Shown here: piece after piece, positions 41,028-49,964 of the stretch
How positions within the stretch are numbered: the stretch's first letter is position 1
Layout of the letters: every line of letters starts with the position of its first letter
Position numbers and translations under genes: made by a program
The notes under the pieces: generated by a model
What the model was told of the DNA's origin: nothing
Databases searched by the model: none
What the model saw: only the letters and a program-made list of their open reading frames with translations
From: Verrucomicrobiia bacterium
Lineage (GTDB): Bacteria > Verrucomicrobiota > Verrucomicrobiia > Limisphaerales > UBA11358
Length of the DNA: 57,990 nt
Assembly: GCA_036511615.1 (NCBI GenBank)
Contig: DATCBW010000220.1
Coordinates: forward strand, 1 to 57,990
Direction of reading: 5' to 3'

Positions 41028-42551
41028 TCAACGCGGTGCCTTTGCCTCCGGCGGAGCCGCCGGCTGCGGCCAGACCCAGTCGCGACCACGCTGCCAGTTA
41101 AGACTCGCATTTCCACTGGCGGAATTGGTGGGATTGCCGCCGTCATCCACGCCATCTTCGCCGACGGAATAAAGCAGATACCTTCCATCAGCCTTGGGAT
41201 GATACCGTAAAGGTTTGCCATCATACGGATCAATCGGAACCTTCGCGAAAAATTCCGGCGACAATTCATCAAGTGATCCCGGCAATTTTCCGTGTTTCAA
41301 TTGAAACCGTTTCAGCGCAATGGCCGCAACCACGACGCGGCGGGCGGTTTCAATCTGAATCATTTTGTTCACGACGGGACCCAGTCCAACGCCGCCAAAA
41401 TAATCGCTGAAGTCCGGAATTTCCAACGCTCGAAAAAGCGCCGCACCGGAGTTGGTGATGCCGAGTGACGACAACCGCGTGTTCATCGCATCATAATCCA
41501 CCTTGTAAAACTGGCTCCGGTTCGTCTGCATCGCCCGCAATGTCTCCAGGATGACGGTCTCGCTTTTGAGCGTGTGCAGTTCGTCGGAGTAACTCCACGT
41601 AGAACGCCACATGGTTTCGCCAATAACATAACGCGGCCTTTCCGTCAGGGACTCCCACCAGCCGCTGCTAGCCGAACTGCCGAAACCCGACATGAAAGAA
41701 GTCCCGCCAAAAACTTTGGCAAATTCTCCAGGCGAAGCGCGGAGTTTTTCGATCTCATTTATCACCCAGGCGCGTTCCGTCACAAAGGCGTTTGTGGCAT
41801 CGCTCAAAAAATCCATCTGCTCCCAGCCTTTTTGCAGGGCGGCAAGCTGCGCGTCCGTGAGGTTGGTGGCTTGCAGCAGCTCCCAGGTTGGTGTGACCGC
41901 GATGGCGGTGATGGCGATCCGAACCAGATGCGAAATCAGCAGCCCTTCCGCCGCGTTTTTCTGCACCAGTCCCAGCATGGTGAGGATGTTCGTCTCCGCT
42001 GCGCCAGTGTCGCCGAAGTGCAAATCACAAACCGTGGCGGCATCCAATTTTTGCACCGCGCGCTTCATTTGCGCCAGATGCGGCAGCGGCAGTTCGGCGC
42101 CTTTTTTGTAATCCAGTTCAAAATCCAACACGGGTCGGTCCAGAACCTGGTGCAACAATTCGATCGCCGGCCGGTCAGCCGCGATTTCGGCGGCAAAGTT
42201 GTCCCATGAATTTGTGAAATCCGAACCGTTGTCATCACCACGCGCCTCCGGCTGCATCCAGCCAATCATTGCCTTGCCGGGCGCCACCATCTTCATTGCG
42301 TCAGGAATTTTTCCGCCGCCTGAACCGAACATCCGAAACGCCTCCTCCACCGCGTCCAAGCTGTTGCTCTCCGCTGGCACCGGCGGCGGCGACACCTCGC
42401 TGATTTCCAGTTTCTCGCCTTGTTCACGCAGGATTTTCTTGTAGGCCTCCACTTCGTTTGCCGGCTGGATGTGCATCGTCATAAAGGAGACGGCACAGGA
42501 CAGCGCCATAAAAATTCCCAGGGCAATCAAAATTTTCCAGCGGGTTTTCAT
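41028..42551 (-). CDS. N-terminally anchored hypothetical protein with GspG-like C-terminal motif
   Basis: TM start WKILIALGIFMALSCAVSFM. The C-terminus PIDPYDGKPLRYHPKADGRYLLYSVGEDGVDDGG resembles pseudopilin G C-domains. Confidence 0.5.
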   Translation of the reverse strand: MKTRWKILIALGIFMALSCAVSFMTMHIQPANEVEAYKKILREQGEKLEISEVSPPPVPAESNSLDAVEEAFRMFGSGGGKIPDAMKMVAPGKAMIGWMQPEARGDDNGSDFTNSWDNFAAEIAADRPAIELLHQVLDRPVLDFELDYKKGAELPLPHLAQMKRAVQKLDAATVCDLHFGDTGAAETNILTMLGLVQKNAAEGLLISHLVRIAITAIAVTPTWELLQATNLTDAQLAALQKGWEQMDFLSDATNAFVTERAWVINEIEKLRASPGEFAKVFGGTSFMSGFGSSASSGWWESLTERPRYVIGETMWRSTWSYSDELHTLKSETVILETLRAMQTNRSQFYKVDYDAMNTRLSSLGITNSGAALFRALEIPDFSDYFGGVGLGPVVNKMIQIETARRVVVAAIALKRFQLKHGKLPGSLDELSPEFFAKVPIDPYDGKPLRYHPKADGRYLLYSVGEDGVDDGGNPTNSASGNASLNWQRGRDWVWPQPAAPPEAKAPR

Positions 42552-42594
42552 TTTGATCTCCTTGCAGCTTGCGGGCGAAAGCGGCGGTCAACCG

Positions 42595-42658
42595 CCGCAG
42601 TCCAGACGCTTCGCGCCGTTCGAAGGCGTCCGGCAATCGCGAAGCGTCTGGACTGCGG
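42595..42658. repeat. Perfect 21-bp inverted repeat (REP-like hairpin)
   Basis: ccgcagtccagacgcttcgcg (42595-42615) is the exact reverse complement of cgcgaagcgtctggactgcgg (42638-42658). 22-nt loop. No T-run follows. Confidence 0.9.
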
Positions 42659-42723
42659 TTGCTTCAGCACCGCTTTCGCACCCGGCGGCGGCAGCCTTTC
42701 ACCCCGGATGTCCTCATTTATTT

Positions 42724-43584
42724 TCACGCCTTCAAAAAATAATTCCGCTGTTTCTCACTGACGGGCATGCCGAGTTTTTCCATCACGGCCAGCATGTCTT
42801 CCCAGACTTTGCGTTTCTCGCTCATGGCCTGGTTGCGCAGCAGATACGCCGGATGATACGTCGGCATGAGCGGCGTGTCGCGATACGTCTTCCACGTTCC
42901 GCGAAGTTTCGTGATGCCGATGGTCTTGCCGAGCAGGCCTTCCACCGCCGTTGCGCCGAGAGCGACGAGCACTTTCGGCTGGATCAAATCAATCTGCTCG
43001 TGCAGATACGGAATACACGTCTGCATTTCTTCCGGCGTCGGCTTGCGATTTCCGGCGGACTGGCCGGGTGTGTCGGGCCGGCATTTCAAAATGTTGGCGA
43101 TGTAGACGTCCGCGCGCGAAAGTCCGGTGGCCTGAATAATTTTTGTGAGCAGTTGTCCCGCCGCGCCGACGAATGGCTCGCCCTGCGCATCTTCATCCGC
43201 GCCCGGCGCTTCACCAACGAACATCAGTTGCGTGTCAATGTTGCCCACGCCGAACACGACGTTCTTGCGCGACGACGCGAGGTGCGGACATTTCATGCAG
43301 GCCAGCGCGCGTTCGCGCAGCGCGGCGAAGGCGGAAGTTTTATCGAGGATTGAAGGCCGGGGGGCAGGCACCGCAGCAGTTTCAAGTTTCAAGTTTTCAG
43401 TTTTCAGTTCTGGCGCGATTGACGGCTGAACACTTGAAACTGGAGACTGAAATCTCTTTGGCGGCGGTTGCGCGAGGGCGCGGAGTGTTTCCGGCGAAAC
43501 GGCGACATGGCGCACGCCGCGTGATTTCAAATTTTCCAGATGTTGAATGGTTGCATCCAGCAATTCGTTGTAGGCCGCTGACAT
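42724..43584 (-). CDS. Uracil-DNA glycosylase, family 4
   Basis: CMKCPHL, FVGEAPGADED, GAAGQLLTKII, TYHPAYLLRN. ATG at 43584 (MSAAYNELL). The N-terminal extension holds a hairpin insert. Confidence 0.82.
   Translation of the reverse strand: MSAAYNELLDATIQHLENLKSRGVRHVAVSPETLRALAQPPPKRFQSPVSSVQPSIAPELKTENLKLETAAVPAPRPSILDKTSAFAALRERALACMKCPHLASSRKNVVFGVGNIDTQLMFVGEAPGADEDAQGEPFVGAAGQLLTKIIQATGLSRADVYIANILKCRPDTPGQSAGNRKPTPEEMQTCIPYLHEQIDLIQPKVLVALGATAVEGLLGKTIGITKLRGTWKTYRDTPLMPTYHPAYLLRNQAMSEKRKVWEDMLAVMEKLGMPVSEKQRNYFLKA
43376..43450. repeat. Heptamer-arm hairpin inside the UDG coding sequence
   Basis: (agtttca)(agtttca)(agttttc)(agttttc) at 43378-43405. gcagtttcaagtttcaagttttcag pairs with ctgaacacttgaaactggagactga at about 21 of 25 positions. 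Read on the minus strand as ...VSSVQPSIAPELKTENLKLETAA. Confidence 0.85.
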
Positions 43585-43709
43585 GGTTTTATCGTAACCG
43601 CGCCCGCCGCCACCGCACGAACTTTTTTGCCGGAGACCTGCCTGCTCGTCAACAGTGGACAAACGGCGGCCATCGTTCAACAATGTCACGTCCGCCGTCC
43701 GTTTCCTGA

Positions 43710-44939
43710 ATGAATCCGGTCACGAACATCATTGTGGTTTTCGCGCTCACCTATCTGGGCATCGCAATGGGACGGGTGCCGGGTCTCAAGCTGAACCGCG
43801 CGGGCATCGCGCTGCTTGGCGCCATTGGCATGATGATTTTCGGCGGCGTGACAACGGCGCAGGCGGTTTCGTTTATGAACTGGCCGACGGTTTGTCTGCT
43901 GTTCGGATTTTTCGTCATCTCGGCGCAGCTCCGGTTGTCGGGCTTTTACAATCTGGTGGCGGACGGCATTTCCGCGCGGCTGGGTCATCCAGCGCGCTTT
44001 CTCCTCGTGCTGATGTTTGTCACTGGCGGTCTTTCCGCCGTGTTGAACCACGACATCGTCTGTTTTGTTTTCACGCCCATCGTTGCCGGCGCGCTGCTGC
44101 GCAAACGGCTCAATCCCGTTCCATTTCTGATTGCACTGGCGATTGCGAGCAACATCGGCGCGGCGGCCACGCTCATCGGCAATCCGCAGGACATGATGAT
44201 CGGGCAGGTGGCGGATCTGAACTTTGGCCGCTACCTGCTTTGGAGCAGCGTTCCGGTGCTGTTCGCGATGGGCTGTGCGTATGGAATCATCTGGATGCTG
44301 TCGAAAAAAAATCTACAACTGGCCAACACGCCGCCCGCCGAACTGGCCGGCCCGGCGTATTCGTTTGACCGGGCGCACACGATCAAGGGCGTGGTGATTC
44401 TGGTGGTGGTCGTGGGTTTGTTTTTTTCGCCGTTGCCCAAGGAAATCATCGCGCTGGCGGCGGCGGCGATTCATCTGGCCAGCCCCAAGTTTCGCACGGA
44501 ACAATTGCTCGGTCTGGTGGACTGGCCGATTCTGGTTTTGTTCATGGCGCTGTTCATCGTGACGGGCGCGTTTGAATCCACCGGCTGCGGCGAACAGGCG
44601 GTGCAATGGCTGGCGCACGCCGGTTTCAATCTCAACTCGCCGGTCAACCTGACCCTGACCACGGCGGCGTTGTCCAACCTGATCAGCAACTCGCCCACGG
44701 TGATGCTGCTGCTCAAAGTCGTCAACCTGGACCAGCCCGTCACCGCCTATATTCTCGCGCTGGCGAACAGTTTCGGCGGCAGCCTGATCATCATTGGCAG
44801 CGTGTCGAACATCATCGTCGTCCAGCAGGCACGAGAACTCGGCGTCAAGATTTCCTTCCGCGATTTCAGCCGGCTTGGACTGCCGGTCACGCTGACCGCG
44901 CTGGCCGGCCTGCTGGTTTGGGCGGTTTTGATTTTATGA
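43710..44939 (+). CDS. Anion permease, ArsB/NhaD (citrate transporter-like) superfamily
   Basis: 409 aa, about 10-12 TM segments. LIALAIASNIGAAATLIGNPQDMMI and LSNLISNSPTVMLL are typical of this permease fold. Confidence 0.75.
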   Translation: MNPVTNIIVVFALTYLGIAMGRVPGLKLNRAGIALLGAIGMMIFGGVTTAQAVSFMNWPTVCLLFGFFVISAQLRLSGFYNLVADGISARLGHPARFLLVLMFVTGGLSAVLNHDIVCFVFTPIVAGALLRKRLNPVPFLIALAIASNIGAAATLIGNPQDMMIGQVADLNFGRYLLWSSVPVLFAMGCAYGIIWMLSKKNLQLANTPPAELAGPAYSFDRAHTIKGVVILVVVVGLFFSPLPKEIIALAAAAIHLASPKFRTEQLLGLVDWPILVLFMALFIVTGAFESTGCGEQAVQWLAHAGFNLNSPVNLTLTTAALSNLISNSPTVMLLLKVVNLDQPVTAYILALANSFGGSLIIIGSVSNIIVVQQARELGVKISFRDFSRLGLPVTLTALAGLLVWAVLIL

Positions 44940-45021
44940 ACTGCGGCGGCGGCGCGTTTTCACTGTCACGTTCGATGGCATCGCAAGCGTGGGTGCAGCC
45001 AGAAGCCGCCGCAGTTGGGCG

Positions 45022-45690
45022 TCACTTCAAGGCGGCGGGCGCAACGAGCGAACCGAAGAAATCCCCGCTGCGCAGCGCAACCAGCAGGGCCACGCCGGTA
45101 AGGTCGGCGCGCATCTTCACGTTTTTGATGATCTGGTTTTCGATGTCAATTTTTTGTTCGCGGTTGTTTTTCTGGTTGTTCAAATCAATGAATTTTACCG
45201 TGCCGACGGACACGTTCAACACGTCAATGCCCTGGAAATCCAGGCCGGTTTGCTGCTTGAATTGCTCCAGTTCCTTGCCGCTGCTGGCGGATGTTTTTGA
45301 CGGAAGCGTGACGCCCAGCGAAAGGATGTTGGTCTGGCCCGCCGCGTTTTTTACAATGTCGAGTTCGCCGAGATTAAAACGCAGGAGGGTGATGTGAAGC
45401 TGTTTTTTGGCGAGCGCGGCGCGGTCGTATTCAACGTGGATTTCCGGAATGTCCAGAAACGGGGTGCCGCCAAAATCTGGCGGATTGTAAATCTTGAAAT
45501 TCTTGATTTCCACGACCGGCTCGGCAAGGCCAAGATGAAATTGCCCGATTTCGGCGTCCATGCCGGTCTGCGTGCGGATGTTGTGTTCAATCATCACGCG
45601 CAGAATCGAATCGAGCGAGAGCAGCAAGATCACGAGCAGCACGACGCCGAGCAGGAACAACCGCAGCAGCCATTTGAAAATGAATCTCAT
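45022..45690 (-). CDS. N-terminally anchored protein, AsmA/DUF748-like (weak)
   Basis: TM start FIFKWLLRLFLLGVVLLVILLLSL followed by a beta-rich region. Family call is tentative. Confidence 0.4.
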   Translation of the reverse strand: MRFIFKWLLRLFLLGVVLLVILLLSLDSILRVMIEHNIRTQTGMDAEIGQFHLGLAEPVVEIKNFKIYNPPDFGGTPFLDIPEIHVEYDRAALAKKQLHITLLRFNLGELDIVKNAAGQTNILSLGVTLPSKTSASSGKELEQFKQQTGLDFQGIDVLNVSVGTVKFIDLNNQKNNREQKIDIENQIIKNVKMRADLTGVALLVALRSGDFFGSLVAPAALK

Positions 45691-45706
45691 GTTCGTTGAT
45701 AGAAAA

Positions 45707-45762
45707 CATCCTCATCGTCATCCTCATGCTCGTAAAGACAATTTGAGGACGAGGATGAGATG
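45707..45762 (-). terminator. Rho-independent terminator-like hairpin with hexamer-repeat arm
   Basis: (catcct)(catcgt)(catcct)(catgct)cg pairs with gaggacgaggatgagatg. The minus strand continues UUUUCU. Lies downstream of the deaminase gene. Confidence 0.65.
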
Positions 45763-45833
45763 ATTAAAAATTGGATCATGCCTGGTCTTTCAGCAGGCTC
45801 TCACCCGGCAACTTGGAAAATTTTTGCCAATGA

Positions 45834-46271
45834 TTATACGCCGATGTCTTCGTTCCAAAGCTCCGGCCTGGCTTGAATGAAATCGCGCATGAGCTGGATG
45901 CACACCGGGTCTTGCAGCACTTTCACCTTCACGCCCTGTGAGCGGACGTATTCCTCCGGGCCTTGGAATGTCATATTTTCGCCGACGACGATGTGCGGAA
46001 TCTTGTAGAGCAATGCCGCGCCGCTGCACATCGGGCACGGCGAAAGCGTCGAATACAAAATGCAGCGCGAATACACTTTTGCGGTGAGCCGGCCGGCATT
46101 TTCCAGGCAGTTCATCTCCGCGTGATGAATCACGCTGCCGCGCTGCACGCGCTGATTGTGGCCGCGCCCAATGATTTTGCTATCATACACCAGCACCGAG
46201 CCGATGGGAATTCCGCCGGCGGCCAGTCCCTTTTTGGCCTCGTCAATTGCGGCTTGGAGGAAAATGTCCAC
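45834..46271 (-). CDS. CMP/dCMP-type zinc deaminase (nucleoside/cytosine deaminase family)
   Basis: HAEMNCLENAG and PCPMCSGA zinc ligand motifs. Confidence 0.85.
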   Translation of the reverse strand: MDIFLQAAIDEAKKGLAAGGIPIGSVLVYDSKIIGRGHNQRVQRGSVIHHAEMNCLENAGRLTAKVYSRCILYSTLSPCPMCSGAALLYKIPHIVVGENMTFQGPEEYVRSQGVKVKVLQDPVCIQLMRDFIQARPELWNEDIGV

Positions 46272-46274
46272 ACG

Positions 46275-46745
46275 CTAACGGTGAAACAAATCCTTGAGTT
46301 TTGAAAAGAAGGTCGGCGAACGCAAATGGTTCATCCGGTTTGCCCACGCCGCTTCCGTCCCGAATTTTCTCTCAACCCGCGCTTCCTCGCCGCGCATCAA
46401 CTCCAAAATCCGGTTGTCCTCGTCTTTATCCAGCCAGAAACCGTGTTCGGGACAGCAATCGAGTTGCAAGTCAAAGAACCGGTAATCGAACCGCTTGAGC
46501 GCGGCGGAACAAACCGGACATTTCAAATCCGTTTCCTGGCTCACAACATAAAGCGAACCTTTGTTGGCCTCATTGTCGAAAGCTTCATTTTCCAGTTGAT
46601 CCAGTTCGGCCGGGGTCAGCCACATTCCCTGACAATTCGGACAGGCTTCGACTTGAACTCCGCGATCATTTTGGGATCGCAGATCAACATTGCACTTTGG
46701 GCATTTCATTAACGCAATGCTATTTGAACTGCGGGCCGATGACAA
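46275..46745 (-). CDS. Double TFIIB-type zinc-ribbon protein
   Basis: CPKCNVDL..CPNCQGMWLTPAELDQLE and CPVCSAAL..CCPEHGFWLDKDE. Confidence 0.6.
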   Translation of the reverse strand: MSSARSSNSIALMKCPKCNVDLRSQNDRGVQVEACPNCQGMWLTPAELDQLENEAFDNEANKGSLYVVSQETDLKCPVCSAALKRFDYRFFDLQLDCCPEHGFWLDKDEDNRILELMRGEEARVERKFGTEAAWANRMNHLRSPTFFSKLKDLFHR

Positions 46746-46754
46746 CCCTGCGTG

Positions 46755-47732
46755 TCAGCGCGCGAAAATCTGCCGGATCACGTCTTCTATCGGCACTTCC
46801 TGGATGTCAATGTCCGTCACCGGCAGTTCGTCCAGCAACGCCTTGCAAGTTGGAATCACGCGGTCGCGTTTCACTTTCAACGTGATGGCGCTCGGAGTTT
46901 TTTCCACGACTTCGCCGTAGCGCGCCAGGTTTTCCGCCGGATATTTGTCCGCGTTTTCACACTGGATGGTGATGAATTTGAAATCGGCAAAGCGGTCCAC
47001 GATCTCGGAAAGCTTGCCGTCAAAAAAAAGTTTGCCGTGGTCAATGATGATGACGCGCTCGCACAATTCCTGAATGTCGGCCATGTAATGGCTGGTGAGC
47101 AGGATCGTGGTTTTCTTTTCCGCGTTGTGCCGGCGAATAAAATCGCGGACGGTTTTCTGCGAAGTCACGTCGAGACCAATGGTCGGCTCGTCGAGGAACA
47201 GCACTTTCGGCTGATGCAGCAGCGACGCGATGAGTTCCATCTTCATCCGTTCGCCGAGCGAAAGTTCGCGGACGCTGACGTTTAATTTTTCTTTGACGTT
47301 GAGCAGTTCCGTCATCTCGCCGACGGTGCGCTCGAAACGGTCTTTGGGGATGCCGTAAATTTTTGCGTTCAACTCCAGCGATTCGCGCGCGGGCAAATCC
47401 CACCAAAGCTGGTTTTTCTGGCCGAGCACGAGCGCAAACTGGCGGCGATAATCATCGTGGCGTTCCCACGGCGTGTGGCCGAGCACTTTCGCCGCGCCGC
47501 TCGTCGGATAAAGCAGGCCGGCAAGCATTTTCAAAGTCGTCGTTTTGCCCGCGCCATTTGGACCAAGAAATCCAACGAGTTCGCCCGGCTCAATTTTGAA
47601 GCTGACCTCGTTGACGGCCAGCGTCTGCTCGTATTGCCGGCGGAAAAGTCCCTTGACCGCGCCGGAAAACCCCGGCTGCTTTTTGTAGGTGCGAAAGGCT
47701 TTGGTGAGATTGCTGACTTCGATGGCGGGCAT
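46755..47732 (-). CDS. ABC transporter ATP-binding protein
   Basis: Walker A GPNGAGKTT, signature LSLGERMK, Walker B VLFLDEPT. Confidence 0.9.
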   Translation of the reverse strand: MPAIEVSNLTKAFRTYKKQPGFSGAVKGLFRRQYEQTLAVNEVSFKIEPGELVGFLGPNGAGKTTTLKMLAGLLYPTSGAAKVLGHTPWERHDDYRRQFALVLGQKNQLWWDLPARESLELNAKIYGIPKDRFERTVGEMTELLNVKEKLNVSVRELSLGERMKMELIASLLHQPKVLFLDEPTIGLDVTSQKTVRDFIRRHNAEKKTTILLTSHYMADIQELCERVIIIDHGKLFFDGKLSEIVDRFADFKFITIQCENADKYPAENLARYGEVVEKTPSAITLKVKRDRVIPTCKALLDELPVTDIDIQEVPIEDVIRQIFAR

Positions 47733-47744
47733 GAAACAAATTTC

Positions 47745-47827
47745 TAGTTTTTAATTTTGAATTTTTAGTTGAACCCAGCACCTCTGGAAAGTCTGAACTA
47801 AAAATTTAGAATTAAGAATTAAAAACT
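47745..47827 (-). terminator. Heptamer-arm hairpin immediately downstream of dnaA
   Basis: (tagtttt)(taatttt)(gaatttt)(tagttga) pairs with gtctgaactaaaaatttagaattaagaattaaaaact. There are two 11-bp perfect blocks (agtttttaatt and aatttttagtt). Confidence 0.6.
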
Positions 47828-47829
47828 TT

Positions 47830-49212
47830 TCACCGCATTAACTGCTTTTCGAGATAGTGGACGACCTGTCGGACGTTGGAGTCCACTTCCATGCGGTCTT
47901 TGACGAGACGGCAGGCGTGCAGCACCGTGCCGTGATCGCGTCCGCCGTAGGCTTCGCCAATGGTGTTGAGCGAGCTTTCGGTCATCTGGCGCGAAAGATA
48001 CATTGCAATCTGGCGCGGGAAGGCGATGTTTTCCGGGCGGCGTTTGCTGGTCATGTCGGCGAGCCGGATGTCGAAATGTTCGGCGACTTTTTTCTGGATG
48101 ACCTCAATGCTGATGGTCTGCCGGCCTTCTTCGTGAAGAGTTTCACGCAGCAAATTTTCGATGACTTCAATGGTCAGCTTGCGGTCGGTGAGTGACGCAT
48201 AAGCGATGACGCGAGTCAAAGCGCCTTCGAGGCGACGGATGTTCGTGCGGATGCGTGTCGCGAGAAATTGAATGACGTCTTCCGGCAGGTTGGCATTCAC
48301 CAACTGGATTTTTTTCTTAAGGATCGCCAGCCGCATTTCCACGTCCGGCGGTTGCAAGTCCGTGACCAATCCCCATTCAAAACGCGAGACGAGGCGATGT
48401 TCGAGTCCTTGAATTTCGCTGGCCGGACGGTCGCAGGTCAAAACGATTTGCTTGTGGCCTTCGTGCAACGCGTTGAACGTGTGGAAAAATTCCTCTTGGA
48501 TGCGTTCCTTGCCGGCGAGAAACTGGATGTCGTCAATCAACAGCACGTCGGTCTGCCGGTATTTTTTGCGGAACTTGGCGAGCTGGTTGTTCTGGATGCC
48601 GTCAATGTATTCGTTCGTGAATTTTTCGGACGAGACGTAGTGGACGCGCGCGCCCTTTTTGCTGGCGGAAACGTGCTGGCCGATGGCGTGTAGCAAATGG
48701 GTTTTGCCCAAGCCCACGCCGCCGTAAAGGAACAGCGGATTGTAGGATTTGCCCGGCGCCTCGGCCACGGCCTTGGCGGCGGCGTAGGAAAAATTGTTGT
48801 TCGCGCCGACGACGAACGTGTCGAAGGTGTTCTTGGGATTGAAATGCAGATCGCCGTTCGCCGATCCGGCCCGTTCGGGTGCGGCGGCCGAATTTTTTGC
48901 CTTGGCGGCCGCCGGCATTGGCGGCGTGATCGGCGCAACTGGCAAGGTTCCGCTAGTGGCCTTGAATTTGACCAGCAACTTCGCGCCGGCGGCCACGGCC
49001 ACGGCGTCCTGCATCAGGCTCAAATAATTGTCCTTGAGCCAGACTTCGCAAAACTCATTGGGCGCTTCAATCGTGAGGTGATGCTCGTCCACCGCGCTGG
49101 CACGCAAAGGCGCAAACCACATATTGAATGTGTCGCGGCTCAACTTGACGCGGAGATGCTCCTGCGCCGTGTTCCAAATTTTTTCTGCGGAAATCTGCAT
49201 AGTGTGCCGCAA
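47830..49212 (-). CDS. dnaA: Chromosomal replication initiator DnaA
   Basis: FNMWF N-domain, Walker A GGVGLGKTHLL, LLIDDIQF, C-terminal DNA-binding RPENIAFPRQIAMYLSRQMT..SLNTIGEAYGGRDHGTVLHA. Start is 49212 or 49200. Confidence 0.95.
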   Translation of the reverse strand: MRHTMQISAEKIWNTAQEHLRVKLSRDTFNMWFAPLRASAVDEHHLTIEAPNEFCEVWLKDNYLSLMQDAVAVAAGAKLLVKFKATSGTLPVAPITPPMPAAAKAKNSAAAPERAGSANGDLHFNPKNTFDTFVVGANNNFSYAAAKAVAEAPGKSYNPLFLYGGVGLGKTHLLHAIGQHVSASKKGARVHYVSSEKFTNEYIDGIQNNQLAKFRKKYRQTDVLLIDDIQFLAGKERIQEEFFHTFNALHEGHKQIVLTCDRPASEIQGLEHRLVSRFEWGLVTDLQPPDVEMRLAILKKKIQLVNANLPEDVIQFLATRIRTNIRRLEGALTRVIAYASLTDRKLTIEVIENLLRETLHEEGRQTISIEVIQKKVAEHFDIRLADMTSKRRPENIAFPRQIAMYLSRQMTESSLNTIGEAYGGRDHGTVLHACRLVKDRMEVDSNVRQVVHYLEKQLMR

Positions 49213-49757
49213 ATCCCAAATTTTACTGGTTTATTCACTTCGCCCGCCAACCGGCCTTTTCATCAGGGTCGCACGCAAGTCAAGCGTGCGACGAGCCATT
49301 ATTCAAGCGAAAATATTAAAAGTTTGACCATGACTGCTTGAACACCGCATTCGAATCGTCTTAAGTTTTTGGAAAAAAACGACTTAAATCAACTCAAGCC
49401 GCCGATTATCCTGCACCGGGCAAAAAATATTTCGTTCAAACAAATGACTCTTAACAGCGTCACAGTTTTTAAGGCATTGCCTCGAAAGTTTCGAGGACAA
49501 CATATTAACTCTTGTTCACGAGTTATTCACATCGGGCGAACCTGCGATAAAATGGACGTTTCGGCGCAGTTATGAATCGCTAAAATGGAGCAGCGGGAAA
49601 AATGTTCAAAGCAATTCCTGCAAACATCCGTGGGCGATGGGCGCGCAAATTGCACTTCAAACAAGCTGGGATTGGTTTAGGCAAATCGCCGGCAACGACC
49701 GGAACCTAATAGCCGACCAGTTTTTCAAATAGATGTGCTTATACTTTTAGATATGCG
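49213..49757. other. Candidate oriC / dnaA control region
   Basis: One perfect DnaA-box match TTATTCACA (49523-49531). Near matches ttattcact (49231-49239) and ttatcctgc (49406-49414). AT-rich from about 49700. dnaA and hemL diverge from this region. Confidence 0.3.
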
Positions 49758-49786
49758 TTGACAATAATAAGTGAGTATGATTTAAT
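49758..49786 (+). promoter_or_regulatory. Near-consensus sigma-70-type promoter
   Basis: TTGACA (49758-49763), 17-nt spacer, TTTAAT (49781-49786). Confidence 0.45.
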
Positions 49787-49792
49787 GATTGC

Positions 49793-49964
49793 AGTTGCAG
49801 GGGTTATTAACCTGAAACGGCAACTTGATCTTTGAATTTTACAATTTCGGCTCTGGCTTGAGTGCAGCCAGAGCACGAGTTCTCCGTAATCCTACGTTGT
49901 GCTCATTCTGAATTCCCCGGGTCTTTTGGCCACCCTCTGGCCGACTGACCCGGTTTTTTCTTTT
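49793..49964 (+). ncRNA. Candidate small RNA of about 170 nt (unclassified)
   Basis: Bounded by the promoter above and an intrinsic terminator (ccccgggtc...gacccgg then TTTTTTCTTTT, 49915-49964). Internal stems gctctggc/gccagagc and gagcac/gtgctc. Only an antisense junk ORF overlaps it. Confidence 0.35.
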
